Assembly (NCBI GenBank): GCA_951406725.2
Contig: OX597820.1
Location: forward strand, 38,812,001 to 38,876,000
DNA length: 64,000 nt
Reading direction: 5' to 3'
Source: Octopus vulgaris
Lineage: Eukaryota
Shown here: positions 1 to 15,098 of the stretch, piece after piece
How positions within the stretch are numbered: the first letter of the stretch is position 1
How the letters are laid out: every line of letters starts with the position of its first letter
The notes under the pieces: generated by a model
Seen by the model: only the letters and a program-made list of their open reading frames with translations
What the model was told of the DNA's origin: nothing
Databases searched by the model: none
Translations under genes and position numbers: made by a program

Positions 1-420
1 CGTATTCCAGTCTTTGCTTCTACATGTAAGGCATGTACTACTGATTTCATTACAATATAACGCTATCTAACTTCCTTCTAGCAAACCTGTCTACCCGAAC
101 CCTATTCTTCTGATCATATCCAGATAATTGCATGCGATCCATGAAATTTTGTACTTGTTTCTTTGTTTCATAGGTTTCGCATACTGGGGACACGTTGTTC
201 ATTATCCTAACTAGGTCTGCTATCAATATGTTAATTTTCATGTTGTATGATAAAGCTAAATTATTGCGAACAACATATTTAGAATCTATTTGGTTTGATG
301 TAATAGGAGTGGAGGAGTTGCACTCTGTTGCTCATTATGATCCTCTCGGTTTCTACATTTCAGTTACTAGAGTTTGTCCAAACAGAGTCAACGACTATTG
401 AAAAGCTTGTAAGACGCACT
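1..420 (-). mobile_element. Penelope-like element RT C-terminal remnant
   Basis: Minus-strand KINILIADLVRIMNNVS...VQNFMDRMQLSGYDQKNR matches the PLE post-RT pattern (..LR.M.N.S...F...M..SGY). A second diverged copy lies at 1148-1304. Confidence 0.55.
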
Positions 421-744
421 GCAAATTAAGGTACAGATAAAATAAATGAGTGGAAATCAGACCGGTGAGTGTGTTGAATCAATAAGGCGCTAAAGGAGTA
501 TCACTCTCCCCAGACACAATAAAATAGGCTTCATCACACGAATTCACATAATGAAGCTTACAAAAAATATACATAAACGAAATATACATACATACACACA
601 CATATATATATATACATACGTTTATACATATATATATATATAAATATATATATAAATGTGTATATATAAATATTCATACACATATACATATACATACACA
701 CACACATATACATACATACACACACACATATATGAGCGAGATAG

Positions 745-782
<38 letters not shown>

Positions 783-785
783 AGG

Positions 786-831
<46 letters not shown>

Positions 832-936
832 AAGGGAGAGAAGGTCGTTTTATATTTGGTTTGGACCATATTCGATGTAAACTTGTGGTTTGAAACCCAA
901 TATTGGCGTAATAATCCTTCCAAGGTACAATAATCC

Positions 937-1006
<70 letters not shown>

Positions 1007-1007
1007 A

Positions 1008-1135
<128 letters not shown>

Positions 1136-1147
1136 TCTTTCTTTCTC

Positions 1148-1304
1148 TGTAAGGAATGTACCACTGGTTTCATTACCTATAACGCTATCCAAGTCACTTC
1201 TTGCACAGCTGTGTAGCCGAAACCTATCCTTCTGATCATATGCAGAGAATTGCATGCGATGCATGAAATTTTGTACGTGTTTCTTTGTTTCATAGGGTTC
1301 GCAT
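1148..1304 (-). mobile_element. Second copy of the PLE fragment seen at ~25-183
   Basis: Direct repeat of 25-183 (tgtaagg...catgaaattttgtac.tgtttctttgtttcatagg.ttcgcat). Translates as YETKKHVQNFMHRMQFSAYDQKDR. Confidence 0.6.
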
Positions 1305-3379
1305 ATATATATATATATAAATGTGTATATATATATATATATATACCAACAAACACTTAAGTGTGTGTGAATGTGAGTGTTTGTCCGTGTGTGCTGCAAT
1401 GTGTGTGTGTGTATGCATCATAAAACAGATACACACTGCGACATAAATTTCGAATTTTTACTGATAACGAGCTGTCATAGAAGCAGCTATCGGCGGAACT
1501 TTGAAGTCAACAACGCAATGTAGCCATACATCGGCATTGAGTATTTTTTTCATTTAATGCTCTTTCCTGCTGTGTCAAACCTTCTTTGAAAGCAAAAACA
1601 ATGCACACACACACACACACACACACACTCATACACACACACTCACGCTTGGATGTGTGTGAGTTTATGCATGCCATGCCATGCATTTACAAAAACCTGT
1701 TCATGTAAGTATTGAGAGAAAAGTGCATATACGTGTTCACATATTGGTATACGTTTCTTCCCTGGTATCGATTGTGCGTGCATTAACATTTACTCACGTA
1801 TGTAAGTCAAACCCCAACACAATTACATCCATACGTATATACTCTCATTAACACATTTATACTAATACAATTATACATACAGCAGCACTCAGACGCACTT
1901 GTGCTCATCCAAACAAGCATACTGATGTATACAATGGTAAGTAAGCACGGAAGCTATCGAAAAAATATAATGTACCAACAAAAGGAAAATATTTGAAACC
2001 ACATAACCTAGAATTTTCACGAAGATTCTACTTCCCCAGTTTCATTGATAATGTCTCGTAGCATTATATATTCCTGAAGAATTTCATTTAATTCCAAATT
2101 TGTTAAACGGATTATTCTTGCCTATATTTATTTATGTAATTATTTATTGTTTGATTATTTATCATTTGTATACGTTTTTTATTTATTTACTTATTTGTTT
2201 ATTTATTTATTTATTTATTTATTTATAGTTGGCGTCAATCATGCGTTCGTTTATTCATTTTGGCGTTCGTTTCAGTCTTCCTTTCAATCGTGCGCCTTCC
2301 ATTTGTTGACAGATAAATAAAATTGTATGAGAGTAGTTATGGCAGCAGCAGCAAGAAGTAGTTTCAGATCGTACAATAGTAAATAGAATGTTCGTTCTAT
2401 TATTCCTCACCACATGCCAACGTAGCATCAGCAGCAACGTCGCTGCCATCACCTTCATCAGCAGCAACGGCTACGACAACAGTATTAACAACAGAAAGAA
2501 CCAGTGAAAAGATGTCAGAAAAAAAAAGCAAAATATAGAGAGGAGCACGCTATATAGTATTATTGTATTTGTTTAACACTTTAAGCCCAACGTAGAAAGA
2601 AAATAGTGTTCAACTTTTCGGAGGCGTTGTCTTTCATCAAGGAAAAGGAAAGAAACAAAGAAAATAGAAATTTAAATCGCCGAGTAGCTACAGGCTCCCA
2701 TGGGGCTGACAATTACATCTAATTACATTAGACTCAAAACTTCGCCACCACTTCTACCAGTACCAACCTTATCACTCTTTCACTCTTGACATAGCATCAG
2801 CATTCGTATAATTACAACTCCCCGCCTCGATACTGCTGCATATGTGGCACCTCAAACAAAAGCCCAATATATATATATATAAGCATGCAGCTGAATTCTC
2901 AACACGCATGCAATATCTCAGATAACATTGTTATGTTCTGCGTATTTCTGTCTCGTAGTTTCTCCGTATGATCCGCAACAACAGCCCAAAATATCAACGC
3001 ATGTCTGGAAAAGAGCAGCAGTAAACTATTTTGAAAAGTACCAATATCACCCCATTTGTGATGTGAGAACATCTGTGCCTATCACTCATATTACTGGCCT
3101 CAGCATTTTAATGGGATGGAGGTAGTAGGGGGACGGAAACAGATGCATAGATCGATAGCAAAAAAAAACAAAAAAACAAGGAGATGTATATGCACTCAGA
3201 CGTACACCTGCATTCTCCAACTCAAATTTTACATCCTCAATTTTAAGTATCAGAAAAGGTTTTTAAAAACTTTGTATTGGTCAGGTAAATGCATACTAAT
3301 TCATTTCATATTCATTGATGATTTTGTACTCTTTTCCAAGAGCATTAAAATATAGGTAGCAATGATGAAAGACCTAAAA

Positions 3380-4010
3380 TTGGAAAACAATAAAAAAGAA
3401 ATTAGAACTCAGAATTGTTTATCTATTCACAGATAGAAATGTAGTAATAGAGGATGAAATAGTTGAACATGGAAGCCATACACCTTTCTTGAATATGCTC
3501 AAAAGTTGAAAATCAAAACCCAAGAACTTGAACTACGAATAAAATTATGATGGGCAGCCCTTAGTAAATTGAATCACATCATGAATAGTAATTTGCTTAA
3601 GTCTCTAAAAAGAAAGATCTTCATAGTAACGGGTGCTGCGTACAATTACATATGCATCAGAAATATGGGCTACCAACAAGAACATTGAAAGTAAATTAAG
3701 AGCAACGCAAAGAACTAGACAAAGGAGAATGCTGGAGATTACCAAAATAGAGAAACAACATATTAAGTGTGGAAACCGGTTTAACGGATATTATTTGGGA
3801 AATGAAAACTCTAACATGGTCTTTCGCAGGACACGTGTTTAGAAGACAGAATACCAGATGGAATAGCGAATTCGGAGAGTGGACACCATGACCAGAGAAA
3901 AAAATTAGGGTAAGTCCATGCAGAAGTTGGAATGAGTCTCTCGGCACCAAAACATGAATGAACTAAGCATATAACCGTGTTTGGTGGAGAGAACATATGG
4001 ACGTATTCAA
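3380..4010 (+). mobile_element. RTE-clade LINE remnant (post-RT region)
   Basis: ITYASEIWATNKNIESKLRATQR...RRMLEIT followed, after a frameshift, by W.FAGHV.RR...RW....EWTP, a typical RTE C-terminal pattern. Confidence 0.75.
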
Positions 4011-4471
4011 CCAGTACAATGTATATAGCAGAACATATTTCAAAAGCATACTATATTAGACTACCCCGAAAGTGCAAACGAAAAACTCACTGTAATCATG
4101 CCGTTTGTTTGAAAGTACAATTTTAGATGTTCTCGATCGAAAACTCCAGCGTAACTCAAAAGCTGTAGTAGACTGAATATCGCTAATGTGCGTATTCGAA
4201 TATATTGCTTTGTCATATAACATAAAAAGAGAAATTGGTGAAATATCGCCATGTCATATATATATATATATATGTGTGTATGTATGTATGTATACATAAG
4301 TCTTACAGGTATTTCTAGGATATTAATTAATAATATCCCTCCATCGGAGACGGTGTGAGAGGAAACATTAAGTCATAGTTAATTTCGATGTGATACAAAA
4401 TACTTATAAGCGCTAATATTCTCGCTATTATAACCTCAACTATATATATATATACATATACATATGCATAC

Positions 4472-4520
<49 letters not shown>

Positions 4521-5490
4521 TATATTTATATATGTGTGTGTGTGTATCTGTGTGCGTAATTAAAGAGGAGTGTAAAAATACATTACGAAGGATATATCAT
4601 AAACAATTCATAATTATTTACGAATATATCAATGACGAAACATGCAATCAAAAAGTTTCCTAAAGGAAGTGTGTATAATTACGAACAAATCATAGTTATA
4701 AAGGATAGGGTTCCAGAAATCCTTCTATGTCTAGAAATAGCTGTTAAAACTGCTATAAAGCTACTATAACCACTCATATTTTATCTCTTCACAATCAAGC
4801 TGTCGGCAGGCGGAATGACATTAAATTCAAAACTTAAATAAAAGGTTAAATCTTTGTTGCAATTTCGAAGTTAGCAACCAAAAACGGTTCTACTCTTCTC
4901 TTCAAACATGTTAGGGTTTCTGAGACCCTCTCCCTTATAATTGTGATTTGTTCATAATTATACATATTTAGTTTATGAAAGTTTTTGATTGCATGTTTGG
5001 CCATTGCTATATTAGTAAATGATTATGAATTGTTTATGATATATAGTTCGTATTGTATTTTTACATTCCTCTTCAATTATTTAATTTTTTCACTCATACA
5101 CTGTTTGTCGCCGTTGCTCGATTTACTGGTCTTTTCTTATCTGAGCATGATGTTGGAATTCAGAATTTTATGTGTAGATAGAGGTTGACACATTATTCTT
5201 GCCGGTCGGAAGCATGGAAGCTCCAACCTATGGTTTTTGTATCTACAGGAATGAAGATAAGATTGGAACCGTTTTTGGTTCCTAACTTCGGAACTGCAAT
5301 AAAGAATTAGCCTTTTAGTTAAGTTTTGAATTTTATGTGATGTCGCCCGCCGACAGCCTAATTGTGAAGCGCTAAAATATGAGTAGTTATTGTGACTTTA
5401 TAGCGGTTTTGACTGCTATTTCTAGACATGTAAGGGTTTCTGAAACCCACACCGTTATAATTGTCATTTGTTCATAATCATATACACTTC

Positions 5491-5528
<38 letters not shown>

Positions 5529-5675
5529 ATATTTCGGAATGGTCATATTGCCAGTTTAGCCAATAAAAACACACGCACTATATATTTGGTGTTATTTTGC
5601 TTCAGTGATATTTATTGTATACAAAATGGCTGACGGTTAGTAAGGAGAGACACAAGTAAGTGAGAAGAAAACAAA

Positions 5676-5720
5676 GGACCACTGATGCGGTCACAGGAGT
5701 GTGACGAAAGAACTTTGGCC
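5676..5720 (+). ncRNA. Variant hammerhead-like motif in the loop of a 96-bp perfect inverted repeat
   Basis: GGACCA-CTGATGC-G-GTCAC-aggagt-GTGAC-GAAA-GAAC-TT-TGGCC. The core has an A9C change. Confidence 0.5.
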
Positions 5721-5895
5721 GAAATAAGATTAAGATTAATGTAAAAAATAAATATCACTGAAGCAAAATAACACCAAATATATAGTGCGTGTGTTTTTAT
5801 TGGCTAAACTGGCAATATGACCATTCCGAAATATAACAATATCTGTTTCAACACACGACTTCACATAAAAAATCTTGCACAACAAATATTTAAAC

Positions 5896-5929
<34 letters not shown>

Positions 5930-6129
5930 TCGAATGTTGCTGGTAGGTTATCTAAGTCCCTGCACCCTGAAGGAAATAAATGAGGTCGGAATTATTGTAA
6001 ACTTTGGTTTGGTATCAATGCAAATACAATGTTTGTGCTAGTTGTCAAAGTTTACCTATAAGAGTTGACACTTCCGCATTGATTCAAGCACTTTCATGAT
6101 ATTTAAAATAACCCACTTCTTTTAGCTGA

Positions 6130-6760
6130 TTCCTTAATACTTCTGTCACATGCGTATTGTACGTATGCAGTGTAACAATTTTTGCAGTGATTTATAATGT
6201 GGTAAACTTTGTTGGAGTAATTTTGATAATCAGAGTACACTGATTTTTACGTTGTTCACATATGGCACAACTAATCGTCAATCATCTGCAATCAGCAGTC
6301 CACACTCTTAGAGGTCTAACTTCGATTATTTGCACGCATGCTAAAATGCATAGTTTTCCCATATATTGCATAAGAAATATTCTAAACACTATGTGGCAAG
6401 ATAACATTATCAATACAAAGTCTCTTAGACGTTCCAATACTCCTAGTTTGTTTGCTAAGAAGAAGCAACTCAAGCTGCGTTGAGTTGAGCATGTTAGTAT
6501 ATTTGACTATAGACTATCAATGGCAACTTTCTAATCTGAGTTTGCAAATGGTGGTCATAGATTTGGAACATCTAGGTATGTTTTCAGAGATGCCCTGCAA
6601 AGGAACTTGATGAATTGTAACATAAATCCAGTCATTCTGGAGCACGGTTTGGAAATAAGGAAACCTGCAATATATAGACTAAGGCTTAATAATATTCACA
6701 AATGTCTAGAGCGTAAGACAAAAGGGAAGCTAGCAGATCACGGTATAATAAAAATGGTAT
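6130..6760 (+). mobile_element. Degenerate RTE-clade LINE 3' remnant
   Basis: CIRNILNTMWQDNIINTKSL...PSL...KQLKLR*VEHV...EFANG...RDALQRNLMNCNINP resembles the RTE motifs CLR.IL.I.WQD and LRW.GHV. Confidence 0.6.
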
Positions 6761-6949
6761 AAAGTAAATAAAAGTTTGCAACCGGTGACAAATATTGATC
6801 AGAATAAGCCCTTTTGGTCACATTTTTTCCTCCCCTTCAGTTTATGTATGCATTTATTAATTCATTCTGCATATGCTAGGTCACTGTCCGAAAGGAATGG
6901 CGGACATGCTATCGTATATGAATATAAATATGTGCGTATGTAAGTGTTT

Positions 6950-6991
<42 letters not shown>

Positions 6992-8433
6992 GCGTGTGCG
7001 TGTGTGCGCACGCATGCGTGTGTATCTCTCTATGTATGTTTATAGATATTTATGTAGGTATGCATATCTGAATTTGCTAGGTCATCGTCCTAAAACATGG
7101 CGGGAAGCTGTCGTGTGTCTATAATCGCGTGTCCTTTTACGCTGGTATATTTGTGCATTCGTTTGTTGTTAAGAATATATATTTTATAGTGGTCATTACT
7201 AAGATTTGTCAAGCAGTAAACTATATGTAACCATATAAATATATTATATATAAGAGTGATTTGTAGACGTTAATATATTTCTGCACAATATCTAATTTTG
7301 TTGTAGAATTTGACATCGTGTTTATAGTTCATATTCAAAATCGTTTTGTCGTATACTTTTACTTTGCTCCCAACCAAGTTCGTGGATAAACATTAGCTAT
7401 ATACTTATGTTCCTTCTACATAAAATAAAAGGAGTGTAACATATCAAACGTGGGCAGAGATTTTGAAACAATGAAATACTGAACTAGATTTCTTTCTTTA
7501 ACAGATATCATTCTTTCTTATCTTGCGTTCAATTTAGAACTTCGTGTTTTTCATTTCATTCGGGGTTTCGATAACACTAAATATCTATGTATTACCCTTA
7601 CAAGGCGAGTACCACAACCGTCACAAGGTGACGTATTGACAGAAACGTTGGTATCACGGACAATATGCTTATCAGCATTTCTACCTGCTTTAATATGTAC
7701 GTTCACATTCTGCCAAGTTCCTCTTTACCTTTCATCACATCGAGGTCGATAAAAATAAGGACTAGACGAGCACTATGGTCAACGTAATTGACTAACACCG
7801 TTCCCCAAATGTCAGGTCTTGTACTTAAATTAGAATGAAAGAAATATGCACACGCTCTGATCCTATCAATAAACAGAAAATATGATGTATACTACTGATA
7901 AACTCGACTCATTTTGTTTCGGTATCTATAGATTTTTGGGTCAGTATCGAAAAGAACACAGTCGATATTCTATATAAATGTAAATATAATGAAAGTAACA
8001 TCTGTCATAATTATAATTGTGGTAACAATATTAATACGATAATGGATCTGATAAATCTATATATGTATAATAGATCTTACCTATATCAGGCTGTGACTAT
8101 ATTGATTAAATACAGATAACATGGTGTGACGAAGAGCAGGAGGTGTATACTCGATAATCAAAAACTGTAACAGCTGAATTTTCTTGCCGAAGCTTTTCAG
8201 TTTTCTTCCTGCTGATTATGAATTTATAAAAATGGATACAACTTACGTAGTTGTAATAATGAAGTCAATGGTACATTAATTATCAATCTAGTATATAAAA
8301 TGTTTGATATTGCAATTTGATATTCTCTCATATTTAGTTATATGTATATATAATGTAAAACCACAAATTTAGGGAGTATTAGATGTGAATATAGGTGTTT
8401 ATATATATATATATATGCGTGTATGTATTTATG

Positions 8434-8483
<50 letters not shown>

Positions 8484-8539
8484 ACTTCAATAGAACTTCA
8501 AGAGGATTCACAAATTACTGCAAATAAAGAAACTTAGTT

Positions 8540-9760
8540 TATCAGATCACAGGAAAATGATGATAACACTAGAATTCAACCGAATTCGATGTTAGAAGTA
8601 AATACATTTATAATAAGTGTTCTTACTATTAAATATCATAAAATTTAATAATAATAATGTGAATAAGGTTTCAGAATTTTCAATATGTAATTAGTAATGA
8701 CGTTTGTCAAATGGTCAATTAATGCTTTGTACACCTAAATTTGATAATACCCTCACATATTCCGATGTATGATCTATGAAGTTCTTCAGTGGTGATATTT
8801 GGTAGCCTGAGATGTGTTGTTTGAAGGTTTGAAGTACTTGATATCTTCGGCGGATTTTTAGTTGTAGCTACCATTTATATTTTCTCTTCTAGCGAAATTG
8901 AACGCCAGCGGGAATGTATTTCCTGATTAAATTTAGAAAAAATTTTGCCGATATTTTAATAATTTATTTGAAAAGTTAACATTCGGTAATTGATGTCATA
9001 TTAAGGTTAGCATGATCAGTGATGAGTTTTCATTTCATTACCTGGGGGTATTTAACATTTGAGGGTAAATGTAATTATTCACCACTAGGCCTCAGTGCAT
9101 TTCAGTTCTATCGAATGCATATTTGCCGAGAAAAATCTAGTAATATTACTTCAAATTTACTGGCAAAATTACAAAACCGAGTGGAAAGACGTTTTCATCA
9201 ATGCAAATGAGCTTTCCATTCTGAATTTGCATGATTTGCATTTACATGTTCCGAGGTCATATATATAATATCAAGGGAATCCCGTTTTCTTATATTAGTA
9301 ATTGCAATGATATTAAATCCTACATTAAATGAACAAGTTGCGGCGTACATCATTTTCCTAGGTTATCTTCATTTATGTTATAAGAGGCTGTATCTTCATC
9401 TCTCTACAAGTCAACGACTTATATATTAATTCTAATCTTGTGCTATCCAGGGATTAATAAACCAGCCAGATTGATTTTGACACATGCAGAGATTGTGTCA
9501 AAAAGTAGTACCTCCCTGGTGTACATGACAATATCGATGATGTTATTCTGGATATCACAACTTATATTAAATTGTAAAGACTTCGTGAAGAGGAAGTGGA
9601 ATAGTCTCTTGCAGAAGTCAACGACATGAAATTTACTCAGTTTCGCAAATATTTTTTCCGCTTTGTTAGGCCAGTGAGGTGCTGGTATTAGTTTTTGGAT
9701 GGAATCTAATGTTATTTCTGTATTTGTTCTGTGTACGGTTAACATAGTTACTCCGCTTCG
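8540..9760 (-). mobile_element. Degenerate Penelope-like element (RT to GIY-YIG)
   Basis: Minus-strand pieces KNIGKIFLNLIRKYIP (cf. NIG..FL.LI.KHFP) and RSYIGICEGIIKFRCTKH (YIG..E..FK.R...H half of GIY-YIG). Many stops and frameshifts. Confidence 0.65.
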
Positions 9761-9923
9761 CTTTTCAATTTCAGGTTTATTACCATACATATAGGGTTTG
9801 TGGAAATTTGTTTTTATTATGACATTTAAAGGCGTATACATGCATACACACACACGCATACATACATACATACATACATACATACATACATACATACATA
9901 CATACATACATACATACATACAT

Positions 9924-9976
<53 letters not shown>

Positions 9977-10007
9977 TATATATACATACATATATTTATA
10001 TATATAT

Positions 10008-10210
10008 GGACGCCATGATCGATCGTTAGCTCCTACACGCATTTTTTCTCTCCTTGTTTTTTTTTCTGTGTATCTTTCTGTCGAAGTGCGTAAGCTCGAA
10101 ACGTAAAATACTTTTTCTATTTCCATTCCTGAGCGCTTTACTAATACATTTGTTTGTTTGTACTCCACCTGCCTTCGTCTTTTGTTTATTTTCGTAAACT
10201 TTCCCGTTAT
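10008..10210 (+). mobile_element. Solo PLE 3' terminal repeat (pLTR) with variant hammerhead, in (TA)n
   Basis: Homologous to 62305-62505 (+) and 60321-60460 (-). Contains CTTT-CTGTCGA-A-GTGC-gtaa-GCTC-GAAAC-GT-A-AAA at 10074-10109. Confidence 0.7.
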
Positions 10211-10559
10211 ATATATATATATACATTTTTATATTTCGCTTAGGCATTAGAACGCACTGTACATATGCTTCAGAATAAAGCGTTAGTCGAGTTCAGAGCG
10301 TACTATGTAATTAAATACCTGACAAATGAATAAGGAATTATGCTGCGGGAAAACTATAACGTGATGTACATCCCAGGCCTGGATGAGCTGCATTTTATAG
10401 CAGAAACAGCTGTAAGCTAATGAAGTTCATTGTATAATCTCCTATTCTTTTGTCATTTATTTAAATTCACACACACATACACGGGTTCTCGCGCGCGCCC
10501 ACACGCACATGTACACATACACACACGTTATGTAAAGAATTATATTCGGTTCACTAAAA

Positions 10560-11160
10560 CTTCTTTGGAAAGAACAGTTCGTCAACACTACTGTTTCTTC
10601 TAAAACATCTGAAATATATTTGGACCAAAAATATTAGTAGCTAAGGAAAATTATTTGTACTTATATGTTATTACGAAATCAAATCAAGTAAGATCACGTT
10701 GTGATTATAATAAGGACATACTCATTGTATTTCAGCAAAAATTAATGTTGTACCCTCAGAATTCTATAAGAAAGTAAACTTTGAGATGATTATACTGCTT
10801 CTTCATGAATCTAACTGTTCGAAATATTATTAAGTCTCGTGGTAGAACACCTGAGAAATGCAACAATCAAATTCATTAAGTTCCTTTGTAACTATACATT
10901 TTATTCTTCACTCTTTTTATCATAACACAAAATTTTTCTCTGGAATATTTCAAAATGGTTGATGGATGTCGGATAGGTTTGTGAAATGGAGCAATAAAAC
11001 CTCTTAACCAAGTCAAACATGTGTTTTCGTCTATTTTATCTTCGTTTACACATAAATATACGATCTGTTCACTCATCTCCTTTGTTGCCTCAGAATCCGT
11101 AAATTATAGGGTACACATTCAAAACTTGTAAAATTTCAGCTTAAAATAGTTTTTATCATA
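10560..11160 (-). mobile_element. Possible MULE/Mutator transposase remnant
   Basis: WLRGFIAPFHKPIRHPSTILKYSRE resembles the MULE C-terminal EGWH...HP.I..F motif. Highly degenerate. Confidence 0.3.
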
Positions 11161-11212
11161 GTATTCCTAAAATTGTACCGAGATCTTTTGAGTCTCCATT
11201 GGAGGGTTCCAC

Positions 11213-11802
<590 letters not shown>

Positions 11803-12626
11803 GCGTGTGCGTGTGTGTGTATGTGGGCGTATGTGTGTGTACACACCTATATCTATATATGTATAAATGCGCTCGTGTACGTGAGTGTAATGCATATACA
11901 TACGCAAAGACATGCCGGTACAAATGTACTACCTCATACATAGTCCATTTCTCTCTTTCACCAGCCCCACACACTTACGCTAAGAAGCAAATGCATAATC
12001 CAAGATATACATATAGATATGGATTTGATAAGTGCCACGGACGAAACTCTTGAGCTGCATTTTTAACTCCCTGCGTATTAAATCTATATATACCTACGTA
12101 TGCATATACTTTTACATATGTGTGTGTGTGTGTGCATGTGTGGGCGTGTGCGTTTACATACTGCCCTACTTACCTACCTAATACCTACCCTCCTAACTAC
12201 TCTCCTACCGATCTACCTAACTAACTAAATAACTAACTACCTACATATATACATACATACAAACATACAACTTACATACATATATACGTACACGCATACA
12301 CAAATACATACATACGTACATTCGTACATCTGCACGTACATTCATCGAGAGATAATCACATGGATTTCAATATTCGTTATTGATATGGGGATTAGAATGG
12401 TATCATGTTTTAAAATATATATCAGTTTATAATGGAGTAAAGCCAAATTATGCCATTTCAATACAGCGTGTACTTGAATATATTAAAAGCCGGAATCTTA
12501 TCAGCAGATAATATCTTAAAGTTATGGCTCGCAGTAGTCACATGGATACACAAATTATTGCAGATTTATATTACTCTTATTCAGACGGCAATTTTGACAT
12601 ACAAACAATCGAACATACATTATCAA

Positions 12627-12665
<39 letters not shown>

Positions 12666-12780
12666 TATGCATAGCCATGCGATGCAACCAAAACTAACAT
12701 CGTACACAAGGAAAGGCTGTGTACACACACGCACACACCAGTATATATAACCACAATATAAAGCCGCAGAAGAGGAATGG

Positions 12781-12814
<34 letters not shown>

Positions 12815-13049
12815 TGTATGTTTAAATGTTTGTGTACATGTATACACACACACACACATACATATATATATATGTATGTGTGTGTGTGTGTGTGTTTGTA
12901 TATATATATATATATATATACACACCTTCTGTTACACTGTCTGTGTGTTTGTGTCTAACTCTGTGTGTTTTTGCACGTATGTGCGTATGTATATATACAC
13001 GCTTTTACCCTTTTACTCGTTTCAGACATACGGCTTCTGTCATGCTGGA

Positions 13050-13990
13050 GCACCACTGTGGTCTTGCTGATTCCCTCAGTCTGGGGTGTTTCACATCGCC
13101 ACTCCTGTATGTGCCTTTGTCCCATCTGTTTACCCATTTGGTATATTAGGGAGTTTGATTCTGCTGCCCCCGTTGGTATCTTCTATCGGGCTGTTGGTTC
13201 ATCTGGTATTGTAGAGATGAGGATATGCTTATTTCATTCTTGAAGACAACTACTTCCACCTTATGCAAATTTCTTGAACTGTGGGTCTTTGAACCCTAGG
13301 CTATTGCAGAAGCTAATCCTGAATTTTTTAGATTGGGTGGATAGTTCCTTTGATACAATTCAATCTCGGCTAGTTCGGGAATTTGTATAAATTCAACGCC
13401 AAAATTAGCTTTTAGCCCTTCTAGAGATTTCCATATGTAGATTCTTACATATCTGTCGCACCTTCGCCCCAGGGAGTAAAGTTGCAGTTCTTTCAGACTC
13501 TGCCTGTAGCTCATCCGCTGCGATGTTTCACTTTTTGTAATGTAGCGGCGTTGGATTGCTTCAAGCTGCACCGTTAGTTTGGCATTATGTGGTGACAATA
13601 ACTGGGAGTAATAGTCCAAGCGGCTGAGGATAACGGTTCTCCAAAGAACCAACAGTTTCTTGGTCTCGTGTTTGGAGGGCCATAGTGTCCCCCTGCTAGT
13701 TGTCTGCCATCTTGATAATGTGCATATGAAATAAAGCATCATTGCACATACTAATTCCTAAGTCTTTCACTGTCTGTAACTCTGGGATTCCAGTACCTTC
13801 GGCTCCTGCAAATGCAAGATGTAGTGAATTCGTGAGTTGATAGTGCAGTGCTTGTAATTTTCCAGCATTAAACTACGTGTTTACTTCGGCCGAATTACAT
13901 ATCGAATTCAGGTCCCGCTATAAGGTTGCGCCATCTTAATTTTTTATTACCTTTCATATTTTTGTTTCTAGTGACAGTGACTCTCCGAGT
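13050..13990 (-). mobile_element. CR1/L2-like LINE 3' remnant
   Basis: LWRTVILSRLDYYSQLLSPH...QLEAIQRRYITK...MSYRQSLKELQLYSLGRRCDRY..IYIWK matches the CR1-type post-RT motifs LDYCS.LWSP, LE.IQR and SY.ERL..L.L.SL.RR. Confidence 0.85.
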
Positions 13991-14145
13991 GACCGTAGGT
14001 ATGAGCAGTAATGACCCCACAAAAATTCCCTGGGGGACGTCACTTAGTGTTTCAATTGCCCCAAAAAGGTACCATTGGCTGCAAATGCCTGACTTTTGTC
14101 TTTAACCAAATCGTGTATATATATATATATATATGTGTGTGTCTA

Positions 14146-14205
<60 letters not shown>

Positions 14206-15045
14206 TGCGTTTGTGTGTGTGTGTGTGTGTGTGTATTATCAGAGGCAACTCCAGCTCATCAGCGTCGCTCGGGCTCACCACAGATTTCGTTACATGGGCT
14301 CTTCACAGATTTCGCATAAGACACATGCCTGTTCGAAGAATTTCACATTTTTCTGCAATATTTCTTGCCACAAATGGCTTATTTTTTATATCTAGTATTA
14401 TGCCTTTCTCCATTTCTACAATAAAGGTAAACTGAAAGCAACTCTGCAAAACGCAACTGGCATTTACACATACAGGCACATAATTATAGTAGTCAAATAG
14501 CGATAGCGGAGTGCACGACAAACACCACCGATCTAACTATCGCCTGTATTCTTGACTAGAGAGGCCAGTTTGTCTTCTACACCTACCTGGCTCGTTCATA
14601 TTAGGCCGAGTTGCGAGGATGATTTTTGTTCTTTTAAGAATATTGTGGAACGGAAACATTTCATAGATCGGAATTTAAATCATAATCTCTTTAGGAATTT
14701 ATTGTTTCATGAAAACATTGAACTTGAATTACTTTTATTTTTATGATTATAGATAACAACTCGGGCTGTAATTTCTGAGCCAAATTCAGTCGCGTGTGAA
14801 CGATATCGAAAGCTATTTTTTGACACAGGACACCTCTAAGACGACCAGCAGACACTGACTGGAAATAAATGAACTGCAACCATGTTCAATGAAAGAGCCC
14901 AAGTTATTGGCTGCTATAACACACTTGATTGTTGGCAGAAATTAAATCGACTTGAAAATACACATTCACTTCAGTAAATCTTGGGCTAAGCCTGAAAAGC
15001 CCGAATGCCTGAGTCGCCACTGATATATGAATATATATGTATATT

Positions 15046-15098
<53 letters not shown>

